Shown here: positions 18,239 to 27,104 of the stretch, piece after piece
Numbering within the stretch: the first letter of the stretch is position 1
Layout: each line of letters starts with the position of its first letter
Notes under the pieces: model-generated
Seen by the model: the letters and a program-made list of their open reading frames with translations, nothing else
Database searches by the model: none
Told to the model about the DNA's origin: nothing
Translations under genes and position numbers: made by a program
IMG/VR virus record: IMGVR_UViG_3300033074_001163
Span: 1 to 40,617 of that record
Length of the DNA: 40,617 nt
Reading direction: 5' to 3' (one strand)
Source: a virus

Positions 18239-18703
18239 ATGGCAAGACTAACAGATAAGCAACGAGAAGACATAAGAAATCAATTAATATTAGGTGAAAG
18301 TCAATATTCAATTGCAAGAGATTATGAAGTATCAAGTGCAACTGTTAATAAAATATTTAAAACCATAGATGAAGATGAATTTTTAGTAAAAGAAGTAAAA
18401 GAAGAAATTGCGATAAAAACGAAACTTTCATCTCAAAGTGAAAGCATAGTGAAAGCTTTTGATGATAAAGTAAACGAACAACTAAGAAGACAAAATTTAG
18501 TATTCAATGCAAGTGAGAAAGCTTTAAAGAAATTAGATTCATTAATTGATATGACGGAAGATGCACAAGATATGAAACATATAGTTGATTCAATCGACAA
18601 AGCTTCTATAACACTAGGCATAAATCAAAGACACGCTAACAGTCAAGTTACTGTTAATAATAGTAATGCTATTCAAAATAACTTATCAGTAGAGTGGGAA
18701 TGA
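18239..18703 (+). CDS. terS: Terminase small subunit
   Basis: N-terminal HTH (LTDKQREDIRNQLILGESQYSIARDYEVSSATVNKIF). It lies immediately upstream of terL. ATG 18239 has AGAGG 7 nt upstream. Confidence 0.65.
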   Translation: MARLTDKQREDIRNQLILGESQYSIARDYEVSSATVNKIFKTIDEDEFLVKEVKEEIAIKTKLSSQSESIVKAFDDKVNEQLRRQNLVFNASEKALKKLDSLIDMTEDAQDMKHIVDSIDKASITLGINQRHANSQVTVNNSNAIQNNLSVEWE

Positions 18704-19926
18704 AAATATCATTAAATGCTAAACTAAAACCTTTTGCAACTATACCGATGAGGTATAAGGTTGCTTATGGTGGTAGGGGTAGTTCTAAATCTTGGACTAT
18801 TGCAAGAATACTTTTATTGAAAGCTATGGAAAATCAAATAAGAGTTTTATGCCTTAGAGAGATTCAAGATTCAATAAAAGATTCAGTTCATAAACTTTTA
18901 AAAGACCAAATAGATTTATTAGAGCTTCAAGGGTTTATAGTTCAAAATGACTGTATTAAGCACGAAAACGGGAGTGAGTTTTTATTTAAAGGTTTATATA
19001 CTAATCTATCTAAAATTAAATCTTTTGAGGGTGTAGATATTGCGTGGATTGAAGAGGGAGAAAGTATATCGGCTTTATCTTGGCAAATATTAGACCCAAC
19101 AATTAGAAAACCTAATAGTGAAATATGGATTTCATTTAATCCACGATATGAGAATGATATTATCTATCAATCTTTTATAGTTAATACACCTGATAATGCA
19201 ATAGTTATTAAAGTAAATTGGAATGATAATAAATATTTTCCAAAAGAATTAGAAAAACAAAAAGACACTATGGCTGTAAATGACCCTGATTTGTATTTGC
19301 ACATTTGGGAAGGGCAACTTAAAAAGAATACAAGTGAGTTAATATTTAATAATAAATGGTTAATTGATGAGTTTGAATCCCCAACATTGACACATTTTTA
19401 TTATGGTGCGGACTGGGGGTTTAGTCAAGACCCTAATACTGTAAATAGAGTTTATATCGGAAAGTATAAAGATATGAATAATTGTTTGTTTATTGATTAT
19501 GAGATTAACGACCGACCTTATAATGAAGACAATAAAGTAACTTCAACAGATATAAAAGATTTACCTATCTTATGGGATAAAATGCCGGATATAAGAAAGT
19601 ATAAAGTAAATGCAGACAGTGCAAGACCTGAAACTATTTCACATATGAAAGGCAAAGGATTCAAAGTTATTGGATCTGTAAAAGGTAAGGGTAGTGTTGA
19701 AGATGGTATCGAATTTATGAGAAGTTTTGATAAAATCATAATTCATAAAAGATGTATTAATACTATATTTGAATTTGGTAATTATAAATTTAAAGTAGAT
19801 TCTAAAAGTGGGCAAGTTACTAATTTAATTGTAGATAAGTACAATCATCACATAGATGCCATTAGATACGCATTAGAGCCTATTTACAAAAAAGGTGCAG
19901 TTGGCTTAAACGCTAATATGTTTTAA
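18700..19926 (+). CDS. terL: Terminase large subunit (PBSX / Terminase_3-like)
   Basis: Walker A YGGRGSSKSW. Walker B DIAWIEEGE. Nuclease-domain motifs YYGADWG and HHIDAIRYAL. ATG 18700 overlaps the terS TGA. Confidence 0.9.
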   Translation: MKISLNAKLKPFATIPMRYKVAYGGRGSSKSWTIARILLLKAMENQIRVLCLREIQDSIKDSVHKLLKDQIDLLELQGFIVQNDCIKHENGSEFLFKGLYTNLSKIKSFEGVDIAWIEEGESISALSWQILDPTIRKPNSEIWISFNPRYENDIIYQSFIVNTPDNAIVIKVNWNDNKYFPKELEKQKDTMAVNDPDLYLHIWEGQLKKNTSELIFNNKWLIDEFESPTLTHFYYGADWGFSQDPNTVNRVYIGKYKDMNNCLFIDYEINDRPYNEDNKVTSTDIKDLPILWDKMPDIRKYKVNADSARPETISHMKGKGFKVIGSVKGKGSVEDGIEFMRSFDKIIIHKRCINTIFEFGNYKFKVDSKSGQVTNLIVDKYNHHIDAIRYALEPIYKKGAVGLNANMF

Positions 19927-19946
19927 ATTAAAATAAAGGAAATAAA

Positions 19947-20144
19947 ATGGATGTAGTTTATATTGTAAGATGTGGTTATCACTATGAACACGACCATATA
20001 TTTGGAGTTTTTACATCAAGATATAAAGCAAAAAAAGCAATTAAAGAAGATTTAGAAAAATATAAAGATGAAAAATCATTATTGCATTTTTATAATGAGT
20101 CAAAAAATGGATATATAAATATAGAAAATTATCAAGTAAAATAA
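19947..20144 (+). CDS. Hypothetical protein
   Basis: 65-aa ORF with AAGGA upstream. Confidence 0.55.
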   Translation: MDVVYIVRCGYHYEHDHIFGVFTSRYKAKKAIKEDLEKYKDEKSLLHFYNESKNGYINIENYQVK

Positions 20145-20157
20145 ATAAAGGAATAAA

Positions 20158-20523
20158 ATGACAAAAGAAGAACAAAACCAAACATTAGAACAACTTAAAC
20201 AATGGAATGACAACGGCGAGTTCACTATTAACGATAGAACTTATAAATTAACTGGATTATCTCATCAATTTAGAGTCGAAGTGTTGTCAATTTATTCACA
20301 GATTGAAGCTAATATAATTATGGGTAATTATGCTTTTTTACAAAGGGATGATTTTAAAAAGGTTATGGCAAAAGTTGATGATAGAATTCTTTTTGATGGT
20401 ATGCAGTTATCTAAGTTGCCTAAACATTTTGAAGAATATGCGGAGGATTATTTAGATTATATTGCTGTTAGCTTAAAGGTTATTTGTTACCCTTTTTACT
20501 CAAAAAAGTTGAAGCCCGTTTAA
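20158..20523 (+). CDS. Putative tail assembly chaperone-like protein (G-like, 0-frame product)
   Basis: 121 aa and acidic. It ends 15 nt after an A_AAA_AAG heptamer. It is followed by an overlapping -1 ORF that lacks an ATG. Confidence 0.45.
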   Translation: MTKEEQNQTLEQLKQWNDNGEFTINDRTYKLTGLSHQFRVEVLSIYSQIEANIIMGNYAFLQRDDFKKVMAKVDDRILFDGMQLSKLPKHFEEYAEDYLDYIAVSLKVICYPFYSKKLKPV

Positions 20524-20747
20524 AGGGCTTTTTTAAATCAGAAAACTATTGGAATAAATGGGTTGAATCGCATAATATAGACGATTTAAACTTATTGTTT
20601 TTCTCATTAGTTAAAAAAGGTTATGGCTCACTAATTGAGGTTAAAGAATTTGATACTGATGAGATAATGCAGATATTAGAATATGAATATATCTTAAATG
20701 GGATAGAACAACTTGAATACGAAGAATCAAGAAATTCAAGAGATTAA
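20484..20747 (+). CDS. -1 frame extension ORF (predicted GT-like fusion partner of 20158..20523)
   Basis: Protein-like composition, but no ATG or GTG before residue 60. It is open in the -1 frame across the slippery site. Confidence 0.45.
   Translation: MLPFLLKKVEARLKGFFKSENYWNKWVESHNIDDLNLLFFSLVKKGYGSLIEVKEFDTDEIMQILEYEYILNGIEQLEYEESRNSRD
20502..20530 (+). promoter_or_regulatory. Candidate -1 programmed frameshift signal
   Basis: A_AAA_AAG lies in the 0 frame at 20502-20508. A hairpin pairs AAGCCC 20512-20517 with GGGCTT 20525-20530. The 0-frame TAA sits in the loop. Confidence 0.45.
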
Positions 20748-20751
20748 ACAT

Positions 20752-20782
20752 ATTTTAAGCAACATAGGAATATAATTACCTT
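20752..20782 (+). promoter_or_regulatory. Conserved box ATTTTAAG-N9-AATATAATTACCTT (copy 2)
   Basis: The blocks are identical to those at 7562..7591. A terminator follows about 30 nt downstream. Confidence 0.4.
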
Positions 20783-20807
20783 GTTATAAAGTTTAAAATT
20801 TAGTATC

Positions 20808-20840
20808 AAAGCCACTTCATTAACTTGGGGTGGCTTTTTT
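20808..20840 (+). terminator. Intrinsic terminator
   Basis: AAAGCCAC 20808-20815 pairs with GTGGCTTT 20830-20837, followed by a T run. Confidence 0.65.
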
Positions 20841-20842
20841 AA

Positions 20843-20864
20843 TGTATAATTAAAATAAAAAAGG
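20843..20864 (+). promoter_or_regulatory. Class A promoter-leader box upstream of the portal gene
   Basis: TGTATAATTAAAATAAAAAAGG. Confidence 0.55.
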
Positions 20865-20872
20865 TTAATTAT

Positions 20873-22183
20873 ATGAAGAAATTAACAGATGGTTTTTTTG
20901 ATGTACTTCGTTCTTTAGGTGGAAGTAAAGATATAACTAAAACCGCAATATACACACACACTTATAAATCATACGACCAAAAGCAATTAAACGATTTATA
21001 TTCTACCAATTGGATTGCACAGAAAGCAATTAATATCCCCGTTGAAGATGCTTTAAAAGATGATTTAATTTATCAATGCGAAAACCAAGAGCAATTAGAA
21101 ATATTTTTAAAAGCTTTACAATCATTTAAAGTGAAAGAAAAAGTAACTAATCTTTCTAAATGGTCTAAAGTATTTGGCGGAGCTGTTATTGTTATTGTAA
21201 CGAGCGATGATAAAATGGATACACCTTTAGTTGTTCAAAATCTTAAACAAGGACAATTAACTAACTTGGTTGTATTAGATAAGTTTGATGTAACAAGTGT
21301 AACTTTAGAGCGAGACCCATTAAGTAAAAACTATTTAAAACCTATTTATTACCAAATTGCAAAAGGCGGGGGAAATATCCACTATTCAAGAGTTATTCAT
21401 CTTGACGGCGAAGCAACTACAAATTTCAATAAAGAGCTGTTTAATGGTTGGGGAATATCTACACTTGAAAAAGGTTGGAACTCAATTATAAATGCAAGTA
21501 TTAGCCCTGATTTACTATCAAACATATTAATACAATCTAATCAAGATGTGTATAAGATTAATGGACTTAATGAAGCACTAACAAATGGAAATGATGAGTT
21601 GGTTTTAAAAAGATTACAATCAATTCAGGAGAGTAAATCTATTTTTAATGGAATTGCACTCGATAAAGAAGACGATTATATAAACATAGCTAAAACATTC
21701 ACTGGACTAGAAACAATCAATAAGTCATTCTATGAAATTGTATGTGGTGCATTTGATATACCATATTCAAGATTTATGGGAATATCATCAACTGGATTAA
21801 ATGTAACAGGCGAGGGTGATTTGTCGAATTACTATGACAAGGTTGAATCTGAAAGAACAAGAGTGCAACCTGCTTTCGAGCTTATATTTAAAATTATGCA
21901 ATATCATTTATTTGGTAAAGAAATCGGATTAACTTTTGAATTCCCGTCACTATGGCAAATGTCAGAACTTGAAACGGCTCAATTAAATAAAGCTAATGCT
22001 GAAGTGGACAACTTATATTTAAATATGGGTGTAGTTAATGAATTGGATATTAAAGCAAGATTAGTAAAAGATAATAGATACCCTACCATAACAGCTGAAA
22101 GTGTTGAAAAAGAAATAGCTATGTACAATGAACTTGAAACAGCTACAAATGAAGATTATAATGAAGAAACAGAAAACAATTAA
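20873..22183 (+). CDS. Portal protein (DUF1073-like)
   Basis: 436 aa, between the terminase and the MuF-like gene. Acidic C-terminus. Family recognised by eye only. Confidence 0.7.
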   Translation: MKKLTDGFFDVLRSLGGSKDITKTAIYTHTYKSYDQKQLNDLYSTNWIAQKAINIPVEDALKDDLIYQCENQEQLEIFLKALQSFKVKEKVTNLSKWSKVFGGAVIVIVTSDDKMDTPLVVQNLKQGQLTNLVVLDKFDVTSVTLERDPLSKNYLKPIYYQIAKGGGNIHYSRVIHLDGEATTNFNKELFNGWGISTLEKGWNSIINASISPDLLSNILIQSNQDVYKINGLNEALTNGNDELVLKRLQSIQESKSIFNGIALDKEDDYINIAKTFTGLETINKSFYEIVCGAFDIPYSRFMGISSTGLNVTGEGDLSNYYDKVESERTRVQPAFELIFKIMQYHLFGKEIGLTFEFPSLWQMSELETAQLNKANAEVDNLYLNMGVVNELDIKARLVKDNRYPTITAESVEKEIAMYNELETATNEDYNEETENN

Positions 22184-23012
22184 TCTTTTAAAGACTCCAC
22201 GAGCTGTGGAGTTGGAATATTATAAGCAATTGAAACAATTAGCTAATGAAATGAAAAAAGATGTTGATGAGATTATTATGCCTATTCTTGAAAATGTTAG
22301 CTTAGATAGTAAATACACTAAAGATGTAGGAGTAGTTGATTTACTAAACGCTTTAAATTTATTACAAGGCAAATACTCTAATACTTTTGCTTTTGCTTCA
22401 AGAGTTGCAAATAATGTAGTGTCAAGATTATTAGGTATGGGAAATGATAAGTTTAGAAAAAGTTTAGAAAGTGCTTATGGTGTTGATGTAGGTAGAATGA
22501 TAAATCAAAATAAACTTAATGATTTAGTAGCACTTCAAAGAAGAAAACAAGAGGTTTTAATTAAGTCTATACCCGCTCAATTTTTTAGTCAAATAGAAAT
22601 GATAATCCAAAATGGAGTAAGTGGAAATAAAACTTATAAAGATATTGCAAAAGAGATTAAAGGAATAAGTGGTATTAGTTCAGTTTATGGGAAGTTAGAT
22701 AATAGGGTTAAATTGATTGCAAGGCAAGAAGTTAGCGTAATAAATGAATCTCTTAATATTGCAAGGGCAAAAAGTGCTGATATTAGTTTATATACTTTTC
22801 AAACTTCGGGGGATGAAAGAGTAAGAGAGTCACATCAAGTTATGGACGGTAAAGTGTGTAAAATAGATGATGACACGGTTTATGCTGATAGTATTGAAGA
22901 TGCTAATAATGGTAATTGGAAAAAAAGAAGTTCCATAGGTGGAGTTGAATTAGCTCCACGATTTGATTTTAATTGCAGGTGTAGTTCTATCTTTATAATA
23001 CCCGAGAATTAG
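22128..23012 (+). CDS. Head morphogenesis protein (SPP1 gp7 / Mu F-like)
   Basis: SGDERVRESHQVMDGKV motif. Follows the portal gene. The true start may be an internal Met (22149 or 22161). Confidence 0.8.
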   Translation: MNLKQLQMKIIMKKQKTINLLKTPRAVELEYYKQLKQLANEMKKDVDEIIMPILENVSLDSKYTKDVGVVDLLNALNLLQGKYSNTFAFASRVANNVVSRLLGMGNDKFRKSLESAYGVDVGRMINQNKLNDLVALQRRKQEVLIKSIPAQFFSQIEMIIQNGVSGNKTYKDIAKEIKGISGISSVYGKLDNRVKLIARQEVSVINESLNIARAKSADISLYTFQTSGDERVRESHQVMDGKVCKIDDDTVYADSIEDANNGNWKKRSSIGGVELAPRFDFNCRCSSIFIIPEN

Positions 23013-23287
23013 TCGGGTATTGTTGTTTTCTTTTTATAAATATTGTTTATACTATCTCTGATTATTGGAATTGTATGATAATCATTAATTAAATCACATA
23101 TTTTATAATGTAACTCTTTTGGAATATGTGCGATTAAATCAAATTCTCTACAATCACCATTACATTTTCCATTTTCCAAATAAGTATTACAATTTATATC
23201 TTCAAACATAGAAAACTTATTAAAAAAGTTTATCTCTACAATCTCACCACCAGCACTTAAATAAAACTCTCCAACTTCTAATTTCAT
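23009..23287 (-). CDS. Hypothetical protein, MKLEVG paralogue 1
   Basis: Starts MKLEVGEFY. Its first codons match the 18-bp repeat unit at 14 of 15 nt. Confidence 0.6.
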   Translation of the reverse strand: MKLEVGEFYLSAGGEIVEINFFNKFSMFEDINCNTYLENGKCNGDCREFDLIAHIPKELHYKICDLINDYHTIPIIRDSINNIYKKKTTIPD

Positions 23288-23472
23288 TTGTAATCCTTAA
23301 ACACCTGCGATACATTTTTTAAATAAACTATACTCGCTGGAACATTTTTTATTAAAAGGCAACCTTGTTTAATTGATGCTTTTTTTCTATTTATTTTTAC
23401 GCACTCAAAGACTCCTCTGTCTCTTGATTTTTTATCAAAGTATTTATAATATTTTCCAACTTCTAATTTCAT
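23284..23472 (-). CDS. Hypothetical protein, MKLEVG paralogue 2
   Basis: Starts MKLEVGKYY. Its first codons match the 18-bp repeat unit at 13 of 15 nt. Confidence 0.6.
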   Translation of the reverse strand: MKLEVGKYYKYFDKKSRDRGVFECVKINRKKASIKQGCLLIKNVPASIVYLKNVSQVFKDYK

Positions 23473-23741
23473 TTATTCTCCTTTGGCTCATATCTATTAC
23501 AACAAAAACTATTTTTCATATCTTCTTCAAAATCTCCATTGCAAATTCCATAATACATACAAAAACCAGTAGTATTTATTGACAAATTAATACAACTATC
23601 GCTCCAGTGCTTACAACTATTACAACTTCTATTATTAAATTCTTCAATCTCTTTTATTGATGTTTCTAATTCTAAATCTGAATATCTAAATAAATCTTGT
23701 GGAGTTTTTAATGTTCTTTTTAAAATTTCTAACGCTTTCAT
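23469..23741 (-). CDS. Cys-rich hypothetical protein
   Basis: CNSCKHW..C..GFC..GIC..FCC. Overlapping start and stop. Confidence 0.55.
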   Translation of the reverse strand: MKALEILKRTLKTPQDLFRYSDLELETSIKEIEEFNNRSCNSCKHWSDSCINLSINTTGFCMYYGICNGDFEEDMKNSFCCNRYEPKENK

Positions 23742-24019
23742 CTTATTTTCCTTTCAATGATAAATATATTATCAACTATTTTTTTTACTTTTTTATTTTT
23801 TTCTACACCTTTAAATTCAAGTATAGCTTTCTTTTTGTTGTTGGTTTTTGATAGGTAATATTTATACACTTCAAAACCACCTTTAAGGCTATTGTAATCA
23901 ACACCTATATCTTTTAAATAATCACTCCAAAGGTGAGGATTAACTCCACATATACCATCATATAATCCTTGATGATTAGCTTCATAGCTTAATGAACTTT
24001 CACTAAAACACAAAACCAA
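23738..24019 (-). CDS. Hypothetical protein, weakly SLT/transglycosylase-like
   Basis: FSESSLSYEANHQGLYDGICGV resembles an SLT catalytic Glu-Ser context. TTG start. Short for the family. Confidence 0.3.
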   Translation of the reverse strand: MVLCFSESSLSYEANHQGLYDGICGVNPHLWSDYLKDIGVDYNSLKGGFEVYKYYLSKTNNKKKAILEFKGVEKNKKVKKIVDNIFIIERKIR

Positions 24020-24029
24020 TATAAGGCTT

Positions 24030-24314
24030 TTATCTTGCTTTGGTATGTCTGGCTAAATCCTTTTTTAATGTTTCTAAATGCTTGTAATCTTGTATCTCAT
24101 TTTCCAATTCATCCGCATATTTATTCATACTGTCTAACATTAATACATACTCATCTAAAGCATTATTTAGATTAACTGCTATTTCCATAGTTTCTATTCT
24201 ATCTTTATTTAATTTAGCAAGTTCTTTTTTATGGGCTATATTATTGAACATTAGCCAACCAGTTAGAATTAGAATAGTGTATATACTTAATAGTGCTTTT
24301 ATGTCTTTGTTCAT
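24030..24314 (-). CDS. N-terminal TM coiled-coil protein
   Basis: TM segment LLSIYTILILTGWLMF followed by a charged helix. Confidence 0.5.
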   Translation of the reverse strand: MNKDIKALLSIYTILILTGWLMFNNIAHKKELAKLNKDRIETMEIAVNLNNALDEYVLMLDSMNKYADELENEIQDYKHLETLKKDLARHTKAR

Positions 24315-24745
24315 TTTTGTATTCCTATTACTTTAATATCTTTTTTTGGATAGCATCTTAAATATTTGGCTCTATTTAATAAGTCAACACCACCTTTTAA
24401 ATGAATTTCATAATATCTATAAAGGGAAACAGCATTAAAATTTTCACCACATCTTTCATCTAAATTTACTATATCCCCACCTTTCCCATCTTCATTAAGT
24501 GAAGCAAATATTTTATTTCCTTGACTGTCTAGCATATCAGGGAAATGTATTGCTAATGTTGTTGGGTCGATTTTATGTATATCTGTACTCATTTGATAAA
24601 CTGTACTAGTTTTTGTATCCACTCCCAAATGAGTAATAACATAATGGTGAATATCGTACGCAGATGAATAAAATCCAATTACATACTCATCACTATCTAT
24701 CTTTTTTGCTCTATAAATTGGTATATTTATATTTTTCATTCTCAC
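24311..24745 (-). CDS. Hypothetical protein, possibly YopX-like
   Basis: DSQGNKIFASLNEDGKGGDIV resembles the YopX core. Weak call. Confidence 0.35.
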   Translation of the reverse strand: MRMKNINIPIYRAKKIDSDEYVIGFYSSAYDIHHYVITHLGVDTKTSTVYQMSTDIHKIDPTTLAIHFPDMLDSQGNKIFASLNEDGKGGDIVNLDERCGENFNAVSLYRYYEIHLKGGVDLLNRAKYLRCYPKKDIKVIGIQK

Positions 24746-24812
24746 TCCTCTTTAATCTATATTCCAAATTGTACTTAAAAATATTTTAATGTATTCTTAA
24801 ATTAATTACAAA

Positions 24813-24832
24813 TGATATAATTTAAAAAAGGA
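24813..24832 (+). promoter_or_regulatory. Class A-like promoter-leader box
   Basis: TGATATAATTTAAAAAAGGA. Confidence 0.5.
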
Positions 24833-24837
24833 TAGTA

Positions 24838-25338
24838 ATGATTAAGATACAACACGCTAAACATAGTCAATTGGCTGTTAGAAATAGTGATATATTTTAT
24901 GTAAAGTTTAAACATAATGGAAGTTCAATGCTTAATGTAAATGGAAGCGTTGCACCTATTGAGTTTACATTAGAAGATTTGCCAGTTGATAATTTCTTAT
25001 TGACTAGAGTTGATTATTTAATAGCGATTGATTCGGTTATTAATGTAAGCAAATTTGGGAATATAGCATCTTTATCAAATGGGCTATTATTTGAAATAGA
25101 TGGACAACAAATATTTAAAAATAACGCTGATATTATGTTATTTGCAAGTGATTCAACAATTGATAGTGTTAAAATCACAGTAACGACTGCAAGTATTATC
25201 AATGGAAACTGGAGTCCTTTGGCTGTTTATGGACACGCTATAATATCAAGAAAATCAGATTTAAAAATTATAATTAGAGATGATTTAACTGCTATTCCAC
25301 ACTTAGAGTTTGGAGTATCGGGAATTAAATTAAGTTAG
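24838..25338 (+). CDS. Hypothetical head-module protein
   Basis: 166 aa with a beta-rich composition, preceded by a class A box. Confidence 0.6.
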   Translation: MIKIQHAKHSQLAVRNSDIFYVKFKHNGSSMLNVNGSVAPIEFTLEDLPVDNFLLTRVDYLIAIDSVINVSKFGNIASLSNGLLFEIDGQQIFKNNADIMLFASDSTIDSVKITVTTASIINGNWSPLAVYGHAIISRKSDLKIIIRDDLTAIPHLEFGVSGIKLS

Positions 25339-25346
25339 GAGGGTTA

Positions 25347-25475
25347 ATGCTTAAGAATTTAATAAATAGTTGCTTTATAGTTTTTATGATTTTATTTAAA
25401 CCTATCGAGTCTAATAATAAAGTTAAAATAAATCAAAGATACGATTTAAAGGATAGAAAATGCCACAAAAATTAG
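25347..25475 (+). CDS. Small hydrophobic protein, 42 aa (not in the ORF track)
   Basis: AGGAGGG RBS 3-4 nt upstream. MLKNLINSCFIVFMILFKPIESNNKVKINQRYDLKDRKCHKN. It overlaps the next start. Confidence 0.35.
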   Translation: MLKNLINSCFIVFMILFKPIESNNKVKINQRYDLKDRKCHKN

Positions 25476-26605
25476 AAAATTGCGTACAACAAGTAATGCA
25501 ACAAGGTAAAACAGAAAGTGAAGCTTATGCAATTTGTAATGCTTCGTTAAATGATAGTTTTATGATGAAAGATACATTTAACGACTTTACAAAGTTTATA
25601 GATGAAGATACGGGATTTTTACACATTAACGGAGTAGTGGCCCGTACTGGACTACAACCTTACTTAGGTGCTGAACTTGGTAATATGGAAAATCCTACAA
25701 CTATGTTTAATGTTTATCGACCTCGTGAAGAAGTGCTTAAAGATGAGTCATTGCAAAGCTTTATAAATGCACCCGTTACGGACGACCACCCGATGGAGTT
25801 TGTAACAGTTGATAACATAAAAGAATTAGGAAAGGGTAGCACAGCAAGTTATGAAACATATAATAAAGACGGAATTGACTATGTTAAAGCTAAATTAGTT
25901 GTTACAGATAAAGAGCTAATCAATAAAGTTATTAATGGAAAGATGGAGTTATCTGCTGGATATTCTCAAAACTTAGTAAAAGAAAAAGGCGAGTTTGAGG
26001 GCGTAACATACGATTATAAGCAAACTAACATCAAGATTAATCATATCGCTTTGGTTGATAGTGCAAGATGTGGAAGTGAGTGTAAAATAGTGTTTGATAA
26101 TAATAGTAAAATTGTAGATGAAAATACTTTGAAAGGAATTGACTCTATGGAAGAAAAAGAAGAAATCAAGACTCCTGATGCTGAAATGCCATTTAACTTA
26201 GAAGAACTAGCTATGAAAGTATCGGAACTTTTAAAAATGGAAAAATCAGAAGAAGAAATGATTGATGAAAAAATGCCAAAAGAAGAAGAAACTAAAAATG
26301 TTGATTCTTTAATTGATGCAAAAGTTGAAGCTCTTTTAACAGCTAAAGAATTAGGTTTAAATGTTAAATCATCTGATTCAATAGTGGATATTAAAAAAGC
26401 TATTATTGCAACTAAGTCGGATATGGCTTTAGATGGAGTATGTGATGCTGGTATCGATACAGCTTACAAAATGGTTAAATCACAAATTGCAAAAGATGCT
26501 TTAAAAGAAGCAGAGATTAAACAATCTCAATCTAATGCGTTTGATGGATTAAAACATAATGCAAATGATTCAAAATTTGCTGATTTAAAAGATAAGGAGA
26601 TTTAA
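25460..26605 (+). CDS. Scaffold / prohead core protein (DUF2213-like)
   Basis: GVVARTGLQPYLG..VYRPREEVL..PVTDDHP..GKMELSAGY. The middle is E/K-rich. It lies upstream of the capsid gene. Confidence 0.55.
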   Translation: MPQKLENCVQQVMQQGKTESEAYAICNASLNDSFMMKDTFNDFTKFIDEDTGFLHINGVVARTGLQPYLGAELGNMENPTTMFNVYRPREEVLKDESLQSFINAPVTDDHPMEFVTVDNIKELGKGSTASYETYNKDGIDYVKAKLVVTDKELINKVINGKMELSAGYSQNLVKEKGEFEGVTYDYKQTNIKINHIALVDSARCGSECKIVFDNNSKIVDENTLKGIDSMEEKEEIKTPDAEMPFNLEELAMKVSELLKMEKSEEEMIDEKMPKEEETKNVDSLIDAKVEALLTAKELGLNVKSSDSIVDIKKAIIATKSDMALDGVCDAGIDTAYKMVKSQIAKDALKEAEIKQSQSNAFDGLKHNANDSKFADLKDKEI

Positions 26606-26607
26606 TT

Positions 26608-27087
26608 ATGGCTTTTACAAGTGCTGTTTTAGAAGAATCAAAAAAACTTGGTTCTGGTGAAGTTTTAAGAACTAGACCGTTCAACGTTGAAGCGTTTTCA
26701 ACTTTTGAAGATGGTTTAGTAATGGGAAGATTTGCTAAATATGATACTGGTTCAGTTGACAATTTAGATGGTTCTGCTACTCCAAAAATTGCGGGTATCG
26801 TTACAAGATTAATTGGTGGTGAATTAGGTGTAAATACTTATAGAAACACTGGAACATTAGTAGATACTGTTGCTGAAGTTATGACAACTGGATTTGCAAC
26901 TGTTGATGTTGTATCAGGTAATACACCAGCGAGATATGGAATTGCTTATGCGGTAAATGCTTCAGGTTCTGGTGCTGATTTTGGAAAAGCTACAACTACT
27001 TCGACTAACAATGTTGATTCGGGTTATGTTTTTTGGGAACAAGTAGATACAAATGTTTGGCTAGTTGCTAAAGCTAGTTTAGTATAA
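26608..27087 (+). CDS. Head decoration / cement-like protein
   Basis: 159 aa, rich in Gly/Thr/Val, between the scaffold-like gene and the capsid gene. Confidence 0.4.
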   Translation: MAFTSAVLEESKKLGSGEVLRTRPFNVEAFSTFEDGLVMGRFAKYDTGSVDNLDGSATPKIAGIVTRLIGGELGVNTYRNTGTLVDTVAEVMTTGFATVDVVSGNTPARYGIAYAVNASGSGADFGKATTTSTNNVDSGYVFWEQVDTNVWLVAKASLV

Positions 27088-27104
27088 TAAAAAGGATTTA
27101 TAAT

